The position numbers and the translations under genes are program-made. Below, one piece after another: positions 12,540 through 27,015 of a DNA stretch of 64,000 nucleotides. The notes under the pieces were generated by a model. The model worked only from the letters and a program-made list of their open reading frames with translations, made no database searches and was not told the DNA's origin. Where the stretch lies: assembly GCA_012295275.1 (NCBI GenBank), contig CM022677.1, forward strand, positions 6,014,001 through 6,078,000, given 5' to 3'. Source of the DNA: Chrysomallon squamiferum (lineage: Eukaryota; Animalia; Mollusca). Within the stretch, counting starts at the first letter, position 1. Each line of letters opens with the position of its first letter.

Positions 12540-14160
12540 AAAGGATTTCTTTTCGGCTACGTTCTGTTTCCATCAGGGAAGTCCGCGTGATAGCTACATA
12601 TAAGTCTAGACCTGCTATTTTTGAAAGAAAGAACACACAGTGGAAACAGGGGGGGACGGTCAAGGAGCTGGTGGCCATTATCAGGCTGGAACGTTTTGGT
12701 AATTATATATATATATATATCGTTATCTTGTGTTATCACTGTCAAAATGGCGATACACCACCAAAAACTGAACACAGTGATTGCGGTGGTAATCATCAGC
12801 GGTGATCACCGGTTGTTGACGTTACCTGGCAAAATGATCACACGAAACACACTACAAACAATATCCTACAAATGCTAAGACAGCAGACGCGAACATAAAA
12901 TCATCGAAACAGTCAACCAAAAATGTCAGAAACTGGAGCCAAAAACATTAAAATTTTATATATCCACAAAACCTCACCTACAAACAGACAACAATCCCAA
13001 TTACACCCCAACCCAAAGACAATTTAGATAAGGAGGAAAGAATAGCAGAAATTTACAAAGTCATCGTCTGCATTCTAATCTATTTATAAAACAAACAAAG
13101 AAATAACAAAACAAACATGTCAAACGACCCAAATTTGGATCACTGAAAATAGTTAGAGTTTCAAGTTACCAACAAATGCACAACGACAAAAGAAATTCCA
13201 CGCACACAAAATTACATTGAATACGAAACACTAAAACATTACCAACAATATAGATATACTACATGATAAGCACGACAACACAGGTCTCTCTGTTCTTTAG
13301 TGGAATGCTAAAGGCCTCCTCTGAGCAGGTCATGGAGATGAACTTAAAGATTTCCTGGCCACCATATAAACCTGACATAATATGCATACAAGAAACATGG
13401 TTAGGACAAAACATTATAAGTAACACAATCGCCAATATCATCCTGTTATCAAAGTCAACATATTCAATAGTATCCGAGGAGGCATTATGACACTCATTAA
13501 ACAAAACATACCACACACTAAGCAAAGTATATACCAACATCGAAATACTAAGCGTCACTGTACACAACAATAACCAGAATATTGACATCATTAATATATA
13601 TAGCCGACTAACTCCAGCACTACATAACATCCAAACTTACGACGTAAACAACATTATAACAACTAACAGTAAACTAATTATAGTTGGAGATTTCAACTGT
13701 CGTAATAAATACAGCATGGGCTGGCACAATAGACGACAGTCCTGGAATTGAATTATAAAATTTCATCGAGCTGAAATCAACTGGTTTGTCATAACTACAT
13801 CGCATTCACTTACACCAGTGACATCATTGGTGTCCAGTCCGTTACTGATTTAACACCAACCAGCAAAGACATCGCAGCGCTAAGTGAGCTAAATAGTGAC
13901 CATCACCACATGCTCACCAATTACAACAGCAAAACGCCTTTTCGACAACTCCATTTTTATTCCCAAATGGAATTTCACCAAAGCAAACTTGGAAGGTTTC
14001 TACAAAGCATGCAAAGCCGACAGAAAACCCTAACAACACTGATACTTACTGCACATCACTGACCAACACGATAGACTCAATTGCTACTAAATGTATACCC
14101 AAACCTAAAAAATGCACTAACACTGTCTGGTGGACTGAACACATAGAAAATAAATGTTTT
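12540..14160 (+). mobile_element. Degenerate non-LTR retrotransposon (I/Nimb/Jockey-like): ORF1 zinc-knuckle remnant plus APE endonuclease, truncated before RT
   Basis: CYHCQ...CGGNH at ~12730-12795; WNAKG, PDIICIQETWL (~13370-13403), RGG, IIVGDFNC (~13677-13700), SDH (13895), PKWNFTKAN (13962), VWWT (14125). Many frameshifts and stops. Confidence 0.82.
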
Positions 14161-14659
14161 AAAAGAAACAAATAATCTTTACAGACTATTCTCTTTTATT
14201 TCCTTTTCCCTACTAAATATACTGATTTAATCAAAATATAGTATCTGCTTTTTGTTAACGCCTATTTAGGGAGTACTTTAATAACGTGGATTTAAATAAT
14301 AAAACAATATATAAAAACAGTATTAGTGTGAAAAACTTCATTTCTTAATTAAATTTCTGAGGAAAGTTTATAATACCAGTAATAATAATAATAATAATAA
14401 TAACAATAACAGTATTAATCATGATAATGATGATGGTGATATTTCCTTTATTCTTTGGAAATGTTTCTTTACCAAAGTTTAACAGATTTCACTTCAAATC
14501 ATGTAATGAGAAACAAATGAAATTCATTTAGTTCTTTCTTATTTTTATTTGTTCCTATTAAACATGCACCGTCCACACGAACGCACAAGAGAGTTGAGTA
14601 GGTACACTGAAAGGTAGACTGACATGTAGGCTGTCTCACAGTCAAACGCCAAAATGGAC

Positions 14660-14758
14660 ATAGACAGATAGACAGACAAGTAGAGAAATAGATTGGTAAA
14701 TAGAGAAATAGATTGATAGATAGATAGAGATAGATAGATAGATAGATAGATAGATAGG

Positions 14759-14802
<44 letters not shown>

Positions 14803-14945
14803 AATAGATAGATAGATAAATAGATAGATAGGTGGACAGATAGACAGAGAGAGACAAATGGATACGAGAATAGACAGACATACAGATAGATAGATAGGTA
14901 AATAGATTAGATAAATAGAAAGACAGATAGATAGATGGACTGATA
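14660..14945. repeat. (GATA/GACA)n compound microsatellite
   Basis: Direct read. Confidence 0.93.
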
Positions 14946-15219
14946 GAATGATATATACACACATAAATACAGACAGTCAATTTCGTTGTGTTCTTCCTTT
15001 TTTCTTTCTTTTTTTTATAGTTTTTTCATAAACACTGCATCAGTTCAGTGTGAATCAGTAAATTCTGTCTTACTGTGTTGAAGTTTCGTGTTTTATTCTG
15101 TTGTTGCAACTTCAAAATATACGGTTTTTATTACAGCAGGAATTTTACACCAATACAGCTGATGACGAAAATATGTTTATCCGTATTACTATAGGAAATT
15201 CAAGTTTGCACACAACATT

Positions 15220-15724
15220 AAACAGGCACGGAGTTAGGAACTTTCCCATAAGTATCAAGATAATCATAAAAGTTATCTGACACCATTATTAGGCTAGATT
15301 TCTTAGGGGCGCCGCTTGCTGTTAAAGCTTTATAAACTTCCTAGCAAAGAACAGAAACCTCTCATCCGCCAGCCAAGCCAGTACATTCTTCAATCTTCTC
15401 TTCATCTAAGTTCAGGTCATCCAAGTCCAATGTTTGAACAGGTTCGCTGCCTTCCGCTTTTATGTCATCTTCAACACAGTATTGTGCTCGACCTTATACA
15501 AGTTTGTTCTCTCCAGTTTTACTTCTTGCTTTCATTCCCGTTTCCTTTCCCATTCGTTTTCCAGCTTCTTTCCTTAGTTTCTGTCCCGATTTCTTCCCAG
15601 TTTTCTCATCATTGTCAGAGACTGAAACATCTGGCCACCAGCTTGCATATCTACCACTAAATAGTTCGAGAGAAGCACGTCCAATCCAGCTTAGAATCGA
15701 TTCTAACCAAATAAAAGCTTTCAT
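15220..15724 (-). pseudogene. RID-like copy 4 pseudogene, inverted duplicate of copy 1, with a Lys-rich insertion
   Basis: MKAFIW..GRASLELFSGRYASWWP (His->Arg), stop at 15494-15496, then VEDDIKAEGSEPVQTLDLDDLNLDEEKIEE, a frameshift, and deletion of the NCCW codons. Upstream (15725-16500) and downstream (15070-15215) flanks match those of copy 1. Confidence 0.88.
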
Positions 15725-16720
15725 TATTTTATCTGAAAAATAAAAACACAAGAATAACTGAATTAAAGAAGTGCGAAATATATTTCGCAGTTTTTTGTTT
15801 TATTTGTGTCTCTGTGTGTGTATGTTTGTTTGTTTGTTGTTGTTGTTCAGTTGTGGTGGTATTTATTATTCTGCAGCATAATGAATAGTACCTAACATGT
15901 CAACCTCGAATAACACTGCTCTCGTTTAATCGCATGATTCATGTGCGGTCAAATGATGAATGTTGGTAGTTTTGGAGGCTAGTTGAGAAGTAATACGTTT
16001 CACGCACGAAAGTTCTATTTTTACTCCTTCAAATGCCTATCATATCTGAATATAATAGGAGTTGTCTAATTATTCGTTCAGTAATCTTCAGTTCCTTTTC
16101 AATTTGCCTGTTAATCATTTATATTCATTCGTCTGTAAATATACTTGAATATTATTTTCTATATCAGTAATAAAAAATATATTACAACAAAATTTACAAA
16201 ATGTAATAGACAAATCGTAGTGTAGACATTATATTTTTTGTTTTGTTTTTTATTTCGTATGGTGTATTTTACTCCACTGTTCTTACGTTTCTATTAACGT
16301 TGTGAACTTGTCGATAAAACAGTAACTCGAAAGATGAAGCTATGAAAAACTGTTCTTTGGATTCATTAACAAAAATTAAAATTCCTTTCTTGACAACTGA
16401 AATAGAAATGAAAATTAAATTGCTATGAGAATATGACAGTGTCAGTATTAAAACAATGAGGGAATATTGTGAATTCAAAAGAGTTTCGTTATCGATAATG
16501 TAGTTCAGTTTATAGTATTATTCCGAAAATATCCAAAATATTGTCATAAATGTACGTATAACATTCATAACATTTGTTCATTTTATTACATCTAGCAGTA
16601 ATTCGACATTTTATAAAATCCATTTTAACATTCACATTATATAAATTAGTATAGAGTCATTCATAACTTTCACTGATCTTGGTTCAAAGTCTTACTAGAT
16701 GAGAAATGGCATCATACTCC

Positions 16721-16920
16721 NNNNNNNNNNNNNNNNNNNNNNNNNNNNNNNNNNNNNNNNNNNNNNNNNNNNNNNNNNNNNNNNNNNNNNNNNNNNNNNN
16801 NNNNNNNNNNNNNNNNNNNNNNNNNNNNNNNNNNNNNNNNNNNNNNNNNNNNNNNNNNNNNNNNNNNNNNNNNNNNNNNNNNNNNNNNNNNNNNNNNNNN
16901 NNNNNNNNNNNNNNNNNNNN
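16721..16920. other. Assembly gap (200 N)
   Basis: Run of N. Confidence 1.
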
Positions 16921-17321
16921 ATCCTAACCTACAAATAAAAGATATAAAGAGACCCTTTTCATCTAAGAAAAGAAAGAAATAAACATATTTTTTTAACATA
17001 CGTGTGTGTATGTGTCTTTGTTTATAATTATGTAATATATATATAACATTAATTATATATTATTTATTTATTTTTTTTTTTTTTTTTATAGTTTGGGGTC
17101 TTTATTAAATACATCATTATCACGATGAATAACATACTCGAGCGAAAAGGAAGATGTTTTAAGTTACACATACACATATACACATACAAGCACAACACGC
17201 AGAAACAGATACACGCACAATACACACATACACACAACACAAACATAGACATATACAAACAAAAGTAATAGTAATTATAGTTCTTTACTACTACTTAGTA
17301 TTACTATTACTATTATTATTA

Positions 17322-17356
<35 letters not shown>

Positions 17357-17464
17357 GTTACGTCATGCGATCTAGCTTTCTACGACAACATGTTAGTTGA
17401 CTGCCATTGTAAACTAAAGTGTAGCCAACATCCCATTGTCGTCTATCTGAATATCTAGACGGAA

Positions 17465-18223
17465 CTACTACTCACAACGAGGCCAGCCATGATGTAACTA
17501 CAGCGAAGTGTTCCTGTTATACAAAGATATTAGTTTCAGATCGCGATATTATTTCACCAGATACAGCTTCACAAATCATACGTATTGTCTGTTTTTCTAT
17601 TAATTCATTTATTTATTGATTTATTTGTTTATTTATTATTTGTTTGTTTGGTGGGTTTTTTACAAGCCAATTTAACAAATATACATTTACATATTAAACA
17701 AAACATTTAAAAAAAATATTTCGAAGGTTTTCTTAAAACGACGTTCTCTTTCAGAACTGATTTACTTTTACCAAAAATCTATAAATTATCAGTTTGTGCT
17801 GAATGAAGACACGCTTCAGGTTAACTGACATTTAAATCTGCACATAAGTTGGACTAACCTAAACCTAACCACAACCCTAACCAAAATGCTAACCATACTT
17901 CTGAAACTCCTCATTTTAAAAACTACTTTTAAGAGTTCATCATCGAATATTTTCTATAAAAGAAGCGAGATTGTTTTAAATTATTATTTATTAGGGGAGA
18001 AGAGTGGAAAGCTCTGGGTAACTAATTATATATTTATATCTATATATATATATATGTATATTTTCTGTTAATGTTACCCATCTATGTTATTCTTTAATGA
18101 TAGAGTGAATGTTCGGCAATAGCGCGAATACAGTTTTAAAAGTGTCTTGTGTTTGTTGCGTTCTAGTGTATAAAAAGGAGATACTGCTATTACAGCTGCA
18201 GCAACAACTAATATTGTTGTTCT

Positions 18224-18262
<39 letters not shown>

Positions 18263-18723
18263 TGATTTGTTCCGTAATCTGTTTTAGAAAGATGACGTCA
18301 CAATGTTTAAATCTGTCTACCTGTCTACTTATAGGTTAGGAAGTATTAGGAAACTGAAATCAAGTTGAAAAAAATAAAATAAAAATAAAACAAAATGAAA
18401 CAATAATATATGGTTTTGTTCCTCATCCTAAAAATTCTGAAGCCTCAGTACCGGCCCTGTTCCCCTCCTCTGTGATTATTGTGAATCAGTCCCTAGATCC
18501 AAGTAACTCGAGCGTGAATAGAGAGGAAAAGACGAAATATGATTTGTAACACCGGGCTTTAAAAGACGAGTTTACAGATCCCCAGAGTTTTATCCAGATT
18601 AGTATCTAGTCACGTTTTTGAGATATCAGTTACTATGTTTTGTTGTTTGTACGTAGTAGTGAGAGAGGGGGTCAAATATCATTCTTCATAACTGTGAATA
18701 GAACATTTTATATAATGCGTCAT

Positions 18724-18779
<56 letters not shown>

Positions 18780-19733
18780 CAACAACAATATCAGCAACAA
18801 GGACAATAGGCTTAATAACAACAACATAAAAGTAATAATAATAAAACAGTAATAGTAATAATATCGTTTATTAAGCGATCCTGGTATTTTAACATCGGCA
18901 CTTTGGCTGACTGTCGTGTAAATTTCCTAGATATTCTAGATAACCTGAGTCAACTGAAGGAATTGTTTTAATTTGATTATTTTATTTTATTTATTACTTT
19001 AGCATTTTCCCTTTAGCATATATTGAAGATCGTTCTTTTGTTATTTTATTTAACTGCAGTGTTATTTGTTTAGATGTTGATTATTTATACGTACTGTTCT
19101 TTTTGATGTTTATTTCTGACATACTGTTCACACATAATTAATTACAATTCTTCTTAGTAGTGGTAGTAATTGTAGTAGCTAGTAGTAGAAGTAGTTGTCG
19201 TTGGAGTAGTAGTAATAACTAATACAAATATTAGAAGTAACATTTATAGTTGACTTTTATTATTATTAGTAGTAGTACTAGTAGCAGTAGTAGTAATAGT
19301 AGTAGTAGAACTAGAAAATATTAGTAATAATAATAATATTAATAATAATAATAATAAAATAATAATTATAGTTGTTTTACTACTACTACTACTCACAACG
19401 ATGCCAGCCATGATGTAACAACAGTGAAGCGTTCCTGTGTATACAAAGATATTAGTTTCAGAACGCGATATGATTTCACCAGAAAGAGCTTCACAAATCA
19501 TATTACAACACACGTATTGTCTGTTTTTCTTTTAATTCATTTGTTTATTTATTTAAATGACGTTCTCTTTCAGAACTGATTCACTTTTACCAAAAATCTA
19601 TAAATTGTCAGTTTGTGCTGAATAAAGACACGCTTCAGGTTAACTGATATTTAAATCTGCACAAAAGTTGGACTAACCTAAACCTAACCAAAACCGTAAC
19701 CAGAATGCTAACCATACTTCTGAAACTCCTCAT
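17465..19733. repeat. Direct repeat of ~350-450 bp (17465-17915 and 19385-19733)
   Basis: ctactactcacaacga..gccagccatgatgtaac through ...ccatacttctgaaactcctca present twice. Confidence 0.88.
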
Positions 19734-20219
19734 ATGATTTTCCAGGTCTTGCAGCTTTTTCAGCTATTTAAGCTAACCCTGGGCATAAACCTTACTCGAA
19801 ACAGTGTGATAAAATTAAGGATGTTTTGAAGTAAATCTAACCAAATAATTTCCTATCACTCACCTAACCTTAACAAGGTTTCCAAATAAACTAAAGAAAA
19901 CATATTTTGATAAATGTATATTAAATCACCTAACTTTAACCCACTACGAAAGATTTACTAAAATAATTATTTTTTCTCTCTCACAATATTTAACTTTCAA
20001 CATGTTTTATAATGTAATTAACATTTTGTATAAGCAGTAAAAATTTAAAAACTGGACTTCATTTGTGTCAGCAGCTGAAGTTTCCATTAATTAATACTGA
20101 ACCTCAACTATTTTTAGTCATGATAATTATAAGCTTTTCAGAGTTATGGCCCTTTGTTTATATAAAAATATGTTCTCAAGCCAGATCAGTCAATGAATTC
20201 ATCTTTAGTCATTTCACTT

Positions 20220-21104
20220 CCATCATTAATTCCAGTATAATCATTCCGTCAACAAGAGATAACGTTCTCCAGTCGATCAAGTACACACTCCAGTTGTTTC
20301 ATTTCTTTGTCACTGTTTTCTGAACGTGATCTTTTCCTTCTTCTTGTCTGTTACAAGCCAATCTGTTATATGTAACATGGATAACGATACATCATCTGAC
20401 CAGTCTGTTTCATGTAATATAGACAGTGTTACACCACAGGACCAATTGGACACAAGTAATATAGTAAGCCTTTTTTCTGAAGGTCGTTCTTGAGCGAGGG
20501 TAAGTTTTATCTTTTTTCAACTTGACTTGAATAAATAAAGACGTATAGTCGTAGTGAATATAGATTCCTATTGTACTGTCTTTGGTTGATGAAAATATGG
20601 TAACGCTATATATTATTACACCTATGCAAGAGGAGTGGAACTCGTACGCAATATGCTTTGTCGACTGAGTGAATGCCTTACTCATCGTGATAGTCACATT
20701 TCAAATTTAAATTTCTTCTCTGACCCCAGTCGTTCTTCAAGATCTCTGGAGTCGTAAAACCCACTGAGATACTGAACTACCGGCTGTAATGTTTGACCAA
20801 GTAATTCGCTATTATCACATAACCATTCCCCACAGGTAACAATTTTAGTAATTGTAATTTCTTATTAGAGATCCCTACTTTTTTAAGAGTACATGTTTTT
20901 CACACCAATCCAGTTGTGAACTGAAGTGTCACAATTATTGGTCGAGCTATAATTTCAGGTATGACTCAGTTAACTAACGGTTTAATTCCTGAGGTATTAG
21001 AAATAGCTGAATAAGTATTTGTTATAAAAAAATAACGTACTGTTGTTAGTGAAATGAGAAAGATCTCGTCTCCCCATTCGGTATCGACTAAACAATAAGG
21101 AACT
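20220..21104 (-). pseudogene. Possible decayed long coding exon of an unidentified family
   Basis: Microsatellite-free, higher-complexity block. Acceptor TATACAG at 21105-21106, ATG at 21077; fragments MGRRDLSHFTNNS, CGEWLCDNSELLGQTLQPVVQYLSGFYDSRDLEERLG and ORF 20410-20697, broken by stops and frameshifts. Confidence 0.35.
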
Positions 21105-21237
21105 CTGTATAACACTGTGTAACTCTGTATAAGGTTTGTAAGGTGGGGAAAGTTACTAACAATTAGTAATTGTTAACAGTGTAACAACTCGCTCCGAGTA
21201 GTTGGTCAAAATCAGACTAATTTATTTTTTATAATTC

Positions 21238-21272
<35 letters not shown>

Positions 21273-21990
21273 CTGTTTTATTTTTATTTTATATTAAAAA
21301 ATCCATAACTTTCGAACAATTTGACTCACAATTTTAAAGACTTTTTTCTGAAATCAGGATAAAAAGATTTACAGTTATAGTTAACTGTAGTCAACCTTTA
21401 TTTCCTAAACTGAAAATTACTTTTGAGTACCTAACAACACCGCCAACAACAAACAACAACAATATTTTTGTTTTCTTTCCATGTCCAATTTATACTAAAA
21501 TATATTATTATTATCTGTGCTAATGCCGCCGTCGTTGCCGTCGTAACGTTCTCGTTATTATCTGCCGAGACAGATACACATTTACAACTTAGAGGAATCC
21601 GCGTGACAGTCAGTAATATAAAAATTACGCTTTATTAATCTTGATTCAGTAGTCTCAATAAACAAAAGACATGAACTGATATGTGGAATGTGTTTCTATT
21701 AGTTTGCTGCGTACATTTCAGTAACAAAATGTTGCATCATTTTTTCACATTCACAGTTTACAAAAGGCATTTTATTCACACATTCATATTCAGAAAATTC
21801 TAAAGTGGATAATTTTACATTTTCTCACAGAGAGAATTAAATGTATGTATTTACACTTGCAGAAAATTATAATACATATTTCATATTCTGGAGATTTTAG
21901 AAAATAAAACAAATGTATTTTTATATAAAAAAAGTATATTTTGATATGATTAAATATTATAACCAAAAAAATAAATAAATAAATAAACAA

Positions 21991-22032
<42 letters not shown>

Positions 22033-22458
22033 AATAAATAATTAAATAAATGAATAAATAACAATAAGAGATAAGAATAGCAGTTGAAAACAACTGACTG
22101 GAGGTCAAAATAAAACTATTTTTGAATCAAAACAACAAACAAACAAAAGTAAAGAAAAAATTCACACACAAAATAAAAATAAAATATCAATTCCGTTTAC
22201 TTCAAAGGGCCAATGGAATATAAAAATAAATAAATAAATGAAAGGATAAAATAAATAAATAAACGTGCGAATTTAATTATAAAATTATAAATATGCTATT
22301 TAAGCTACTCATTTATTCATTCATTTATTAATTTTATTTTGTTTGTAAGAAAATAAAAGAACTATTAAAGTGAATTACAAGCTTGCTAAATTTAACCTAA
22401 GTTTGAGAAGGAAAACGACAGTTCTACTGTAATACGTTATATGAAACAAAGCATGAAA

Positions 22459-22489
<31 letters not shown>

Positions 22490-22992
22490 ATATTTGTGAC
22501 GTGTCTATGAATGCTGCAAGGTAATTTCGGCCTATGCTACGTAACCAAGCTCACTCATTTTCATGGTAAAACTCGAATGTAGACAATGAAAGAAACGTGA
22601 CATTCACAGAAGTAATGTATTCAGTGTAATAAGAACAACACATTTCATAGTAAACGAATGAATTTCTGATTGCTGCTGAACATTATTTTATTAACGTCGA
22701 ACTCAACAAATTTTTAATCTGCAGTTAAATGGCTTCATTCACTGATAAAGTAATCGAGAAAGATAAATGCGACAACACATCGCCAGACACTACTTTTCTC
22801 TGACCACTGAGCAACACCCTCCACTCTAACACAAAACAGTTTTGTACAGAAATTTTATTATGAAAATAACCTAGATTACTGTTTTATTTTATAATATCTT
22901 ACACTAACGAAATGTCAAGAACAACAACAACAAAAAATCATAAATAACAATAATACTAATAATAATAAAATAATAATAATAAATCTTCTTAC

Positions 22993-23400
22993 CTTTGTCT
23001 TAAGAAATGAAAATGTTAACACCTGCAAACAATCCTCTTCTATTCGTCTGCAATGTCAGTTTGCTGGCGGACAAGCCGGTTTTAACAGACGTCACTCGAT
23101 GAGTGGAATATACCAATTTCAATAAAGGGGTGGTAGCTTAGAAATTTTCTAGAACACTTTTGTTTCTTCTGAGAAAAAAATAATCGTGAAAATTTTAAAT
23201 GCTTCTGGTAAAGTAAACAGCAGTAAAAACAACAACTACCTTAACATAGTTAGAGCAGCTCATTAATTTTTTAAAATGCATTTTACAGTCTATCACACAT
23301 GTGGTAATAATAGACACAGAAACTGGTTTCTAGAAGGTGGAGAAAGATAATACATTTAGTCGCCAAAATGTTATCTTGTTTAAACTTGAATTCAGGAGAT
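22993..23400 (-). promoter_or_regulatory. Putative promoter plus non-coding first exon, paralogous to 63400-63805 (+)
   Basis: AG|GTAAG donor at 22992. The reverse complement aligns with 63400-63810, which ends at a GTAAGT donor in the same position. Confidence 0.5.
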
Positions 23401-23668
23401 GATATAATGCAGACGTTCACAAGAAAAATGAATGCAAGTATAGGCATTCCTCATTCAGTTCCTATGACAACGTCATTAAGGGAATTGGTCAATAAGCGAG
23501 AGGCCACCCCTTAGGTACAACGTATTGGTAGCCGTCTTTAGATGTTGTTTTAATGTCACCTTTGTACCATTTATAAAGTTGTGAAATATTTGTATATGTT
23601 TATACAGTATCACGGTGACGAGTCAGAATATCTAAAATTTGGCTCTAAAGGCAAGCAGACTATAATAG

Positions 23669-23803
<135 letters not shown>

Positions 23804-26008
23804 CTAATAATACACTGCTACTACTAATAAAATGAAATAAAAAATAAGTTTGCAAAATAACGTAAAATAAGAATGAAAAAGAAAAGAAATAGGTAATAGA
23901 AATAATGTAAATTAAGATAAACAGAAACTGTAAATGTGTAAATGTTACTATTCTCTGTGGTGTAATTTATTTCCCAGTCTAAACCTTAATTATATATATA
24001 TATATATATATAAAATAAAAACTTATATTTCCTACTCTGTTTATCGACAGCATTTCGGGATGGTAACATTTATCAATAGTTTTACCAAATAAGGTATTGA
24101 ATATTATGTCAGCACTGTTAATTTTAATTTAACACTTGTTGCAATTACCTTATATATTTGTTACAAAGGTGTTACCTTTAATTATACACACACACACATA
24201 CATTTTTTCCTAAATATAACATGTATGAGAGCGGGACAGGAAAGTAAATGTCAAAGTGACATAATGAAATAGTAGACTTTCGTTCAGCTATGAATGAGAA
24301 TAGTATCTCTGAATAAAACCGTCACAATTTTTTATCTTGTCGTCCAGTGGAGCCAGCTTTACAGCTTTGTTAGAGAACAGAGAAAGATAATACACTTGTA
24401 TAGTTATATACAGACGATTATCGATCCTGTTTATAAGCTATATCAATAATCAATAGAATAAAAAACAGAAAACAAAGTAACCTATGCTTTTAGTCACGTA
24501 TGCATAATAATAATAATAATAGTAATAATAATAATAACATTTACATACATATATATATATATATATATGTTGAACTAGTTAACTAAATTTATTATTATAG
24601 CATGTATTTCATTAACTGACTAATCTAAACATACTGTTTATTTTGAGAGAGAGAGGTTCTATACATACGTGTGTGTGTGTGTGTGTGGGTGTGTTTAACA
24701 AATCTCATTGAGTAAAATTAGTATTTTCTGTTAGTGTAATTAAAGTGATTTCCCGTTATTAATTATTATATGAAATATGGTGACAATGTATAGCTGATTC
24801 TACAGCTTTGTCAAATTTATTGACGGTTTGTTGAAACCTAATTTAAGAAACGGAATCATTTAAATGAAACCTAATTAGAGCAGAATAAGTATATTGCTAT
24901 ACGTTTTAAGTGGTGTGTGTGTGTGTGTATGTGTGTGTCGTGTGTGTGTGATGTCTGTATGTATGTTTGAGTGTGTGTATGTATGAGAGTGTGTGTGTGT
25001 TGTGTGTGTGTGTGCGTCTGTTTGTGTGTGTGTGCCCTTTACTGACCCAGATTACACTGCAAAATGACCCTACCAAAACAGAAAAATATATTAGCTAACC
25101 ACTGTCAAACGCTAATCAAAGCAACTGAAAATTTCAACCTCCATTTCATAAAAGGGTCCGCCGGACTGTGCAAAGATTACATATATTTTTAAATAGGATG
25201 TGCACCCTAAGAAGGTAAGTAAAATAGTTAGTAAAACGTGAAAAATAATAAGTAAACGAATAACGTTAGGAACAACGCCAGTACGACGGCAACAGACACA
25301 CATAAGTACATACACACATATACCTACCTACCTACAGACATACATACATATATGTACACACATACATACAAACATGCTGTAGGAATTACACAAGCAACAT
25401 CCAAATCATGTGTCATTTGTTTCTTTGTGTTGTATTTATCATGTGTCATGTGTTTCTGTGTGTGTGTGTGTGTTGTATTTGATCATTTTCATTTGTTTCT
25501 GGGTATGTGTTGTATTTGATCATGTGTCATCTATTTTTGTGTGTTTGTTTGTGGTGAATGTGTTATTTGTTTCTGTGTCTGTGTTGTATTTGATCATGTG
25601 TCATATGTTTGTGTAAATTCTCCACATATCAAAAAGACTATGCATTCCTTATTTTTAAAAGAGGTTAATTAGAAAAATATTGATCTCGTACATGTCCATG
25701 GATCGATAATTGTTTGTTTGCAATTGTAGCTATGCGCCACAGGACAGCAAAAGAAAATCCCTGAAAGGTTTTATAAACAGTTATGAAAATAAGCTTTACA
25801 AAATAATCGACACGAAAAGGGTGCATATCATGTTTCGAAATTTCTCTTGGCAATAAAAAAGAACACCTGTGGGTTTATTGTTGATTGTTTTTTGCAGGTA
25901 TAGAATTTGAATGTGTATTGGTGAATAATAAAAACTGGAGACCTTTCAAGCAAACCAGTTTCTGTTGTTCAGTTTGGTGAATTATATGTTATTGTAACAA
26001 AATATTTT

Positions 26009-26959
26009 AAAATCATGTAATTTCATGTTGAGAGAAATGTAAATTATGTCCTTGGAATCGCATGGTCATAAAAATAAAATATCATATATTGTTAATAATA
26101 TCAATACAACGGTAAGTACAACAGTAAGTTTCGGGATAGTCCCGTTACTTTTAATAATAAAATATGAAAGACTATCATTTTTCAGTGAGAAGGACATTAA
26201 TTTGGGGGTAAAAAATATTTTCAAATGTACTGTGTTATATAAGCTAATAACGTTACCGAAGGAATCCTAGTTTTCCAATTGATAATTGTACACGGCATAT
26301 TAAGAATTAAATTTTAATAACCGTGAATATAATTTTAATATTAATATTTCGTCTGAGAAAACAATACTTGTGAACGTTTTAAATGTTTGTGGTAAAGTAA
26401 ACAGCAGTAAAAGTAACAACACCTTAACACAGTTAGTGCAGTTCATTAATTTTTAATTTTTAATTAGCAAGTGCTAAAAAAAATAAATATTGTGAGGTCA
26501 TCTTTCTAAAATAGATTACAATACATATCACACAGACACACACACACACACACGCCTTTTAACATAACAAGAACAGTAACACAACTTGTATATGTATATA
26601 TCCTGTCTCATTCATACGTGCAAACAACGAAAAAAAAATGTAAAGGAAGACACAGAAATGAATAAATAAATAGAAACATAAATAAACACGTTAATAATTA
26701 TCTGATACACATGTCGTGATACAGTGGCTGGAACAGAATACACTCAGGTTAAATAAGAAGACAAAAATTGAGCAAATTTTATTAACAGTTTTGTGGAGTA
26801 GAATTTGTTGTTATGGATAGGTAGTTATGTTGTTAGAAAATCTTCTATCCAAACTTTTTTTATCATTATTATTAGTAGTAGTAATAGTAGTAGTAGTAGC
26901 AGTAACAGTAGTAGTAGTAGTACTAATAGTAGTACTATTATTATTATTATTATTATTAT

Positions 26960-27015
<56 letters not shown>

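Noticed and set aside
16699-16999. ORFs spanning X residues
   Set aside because: Artefact of the N gap.
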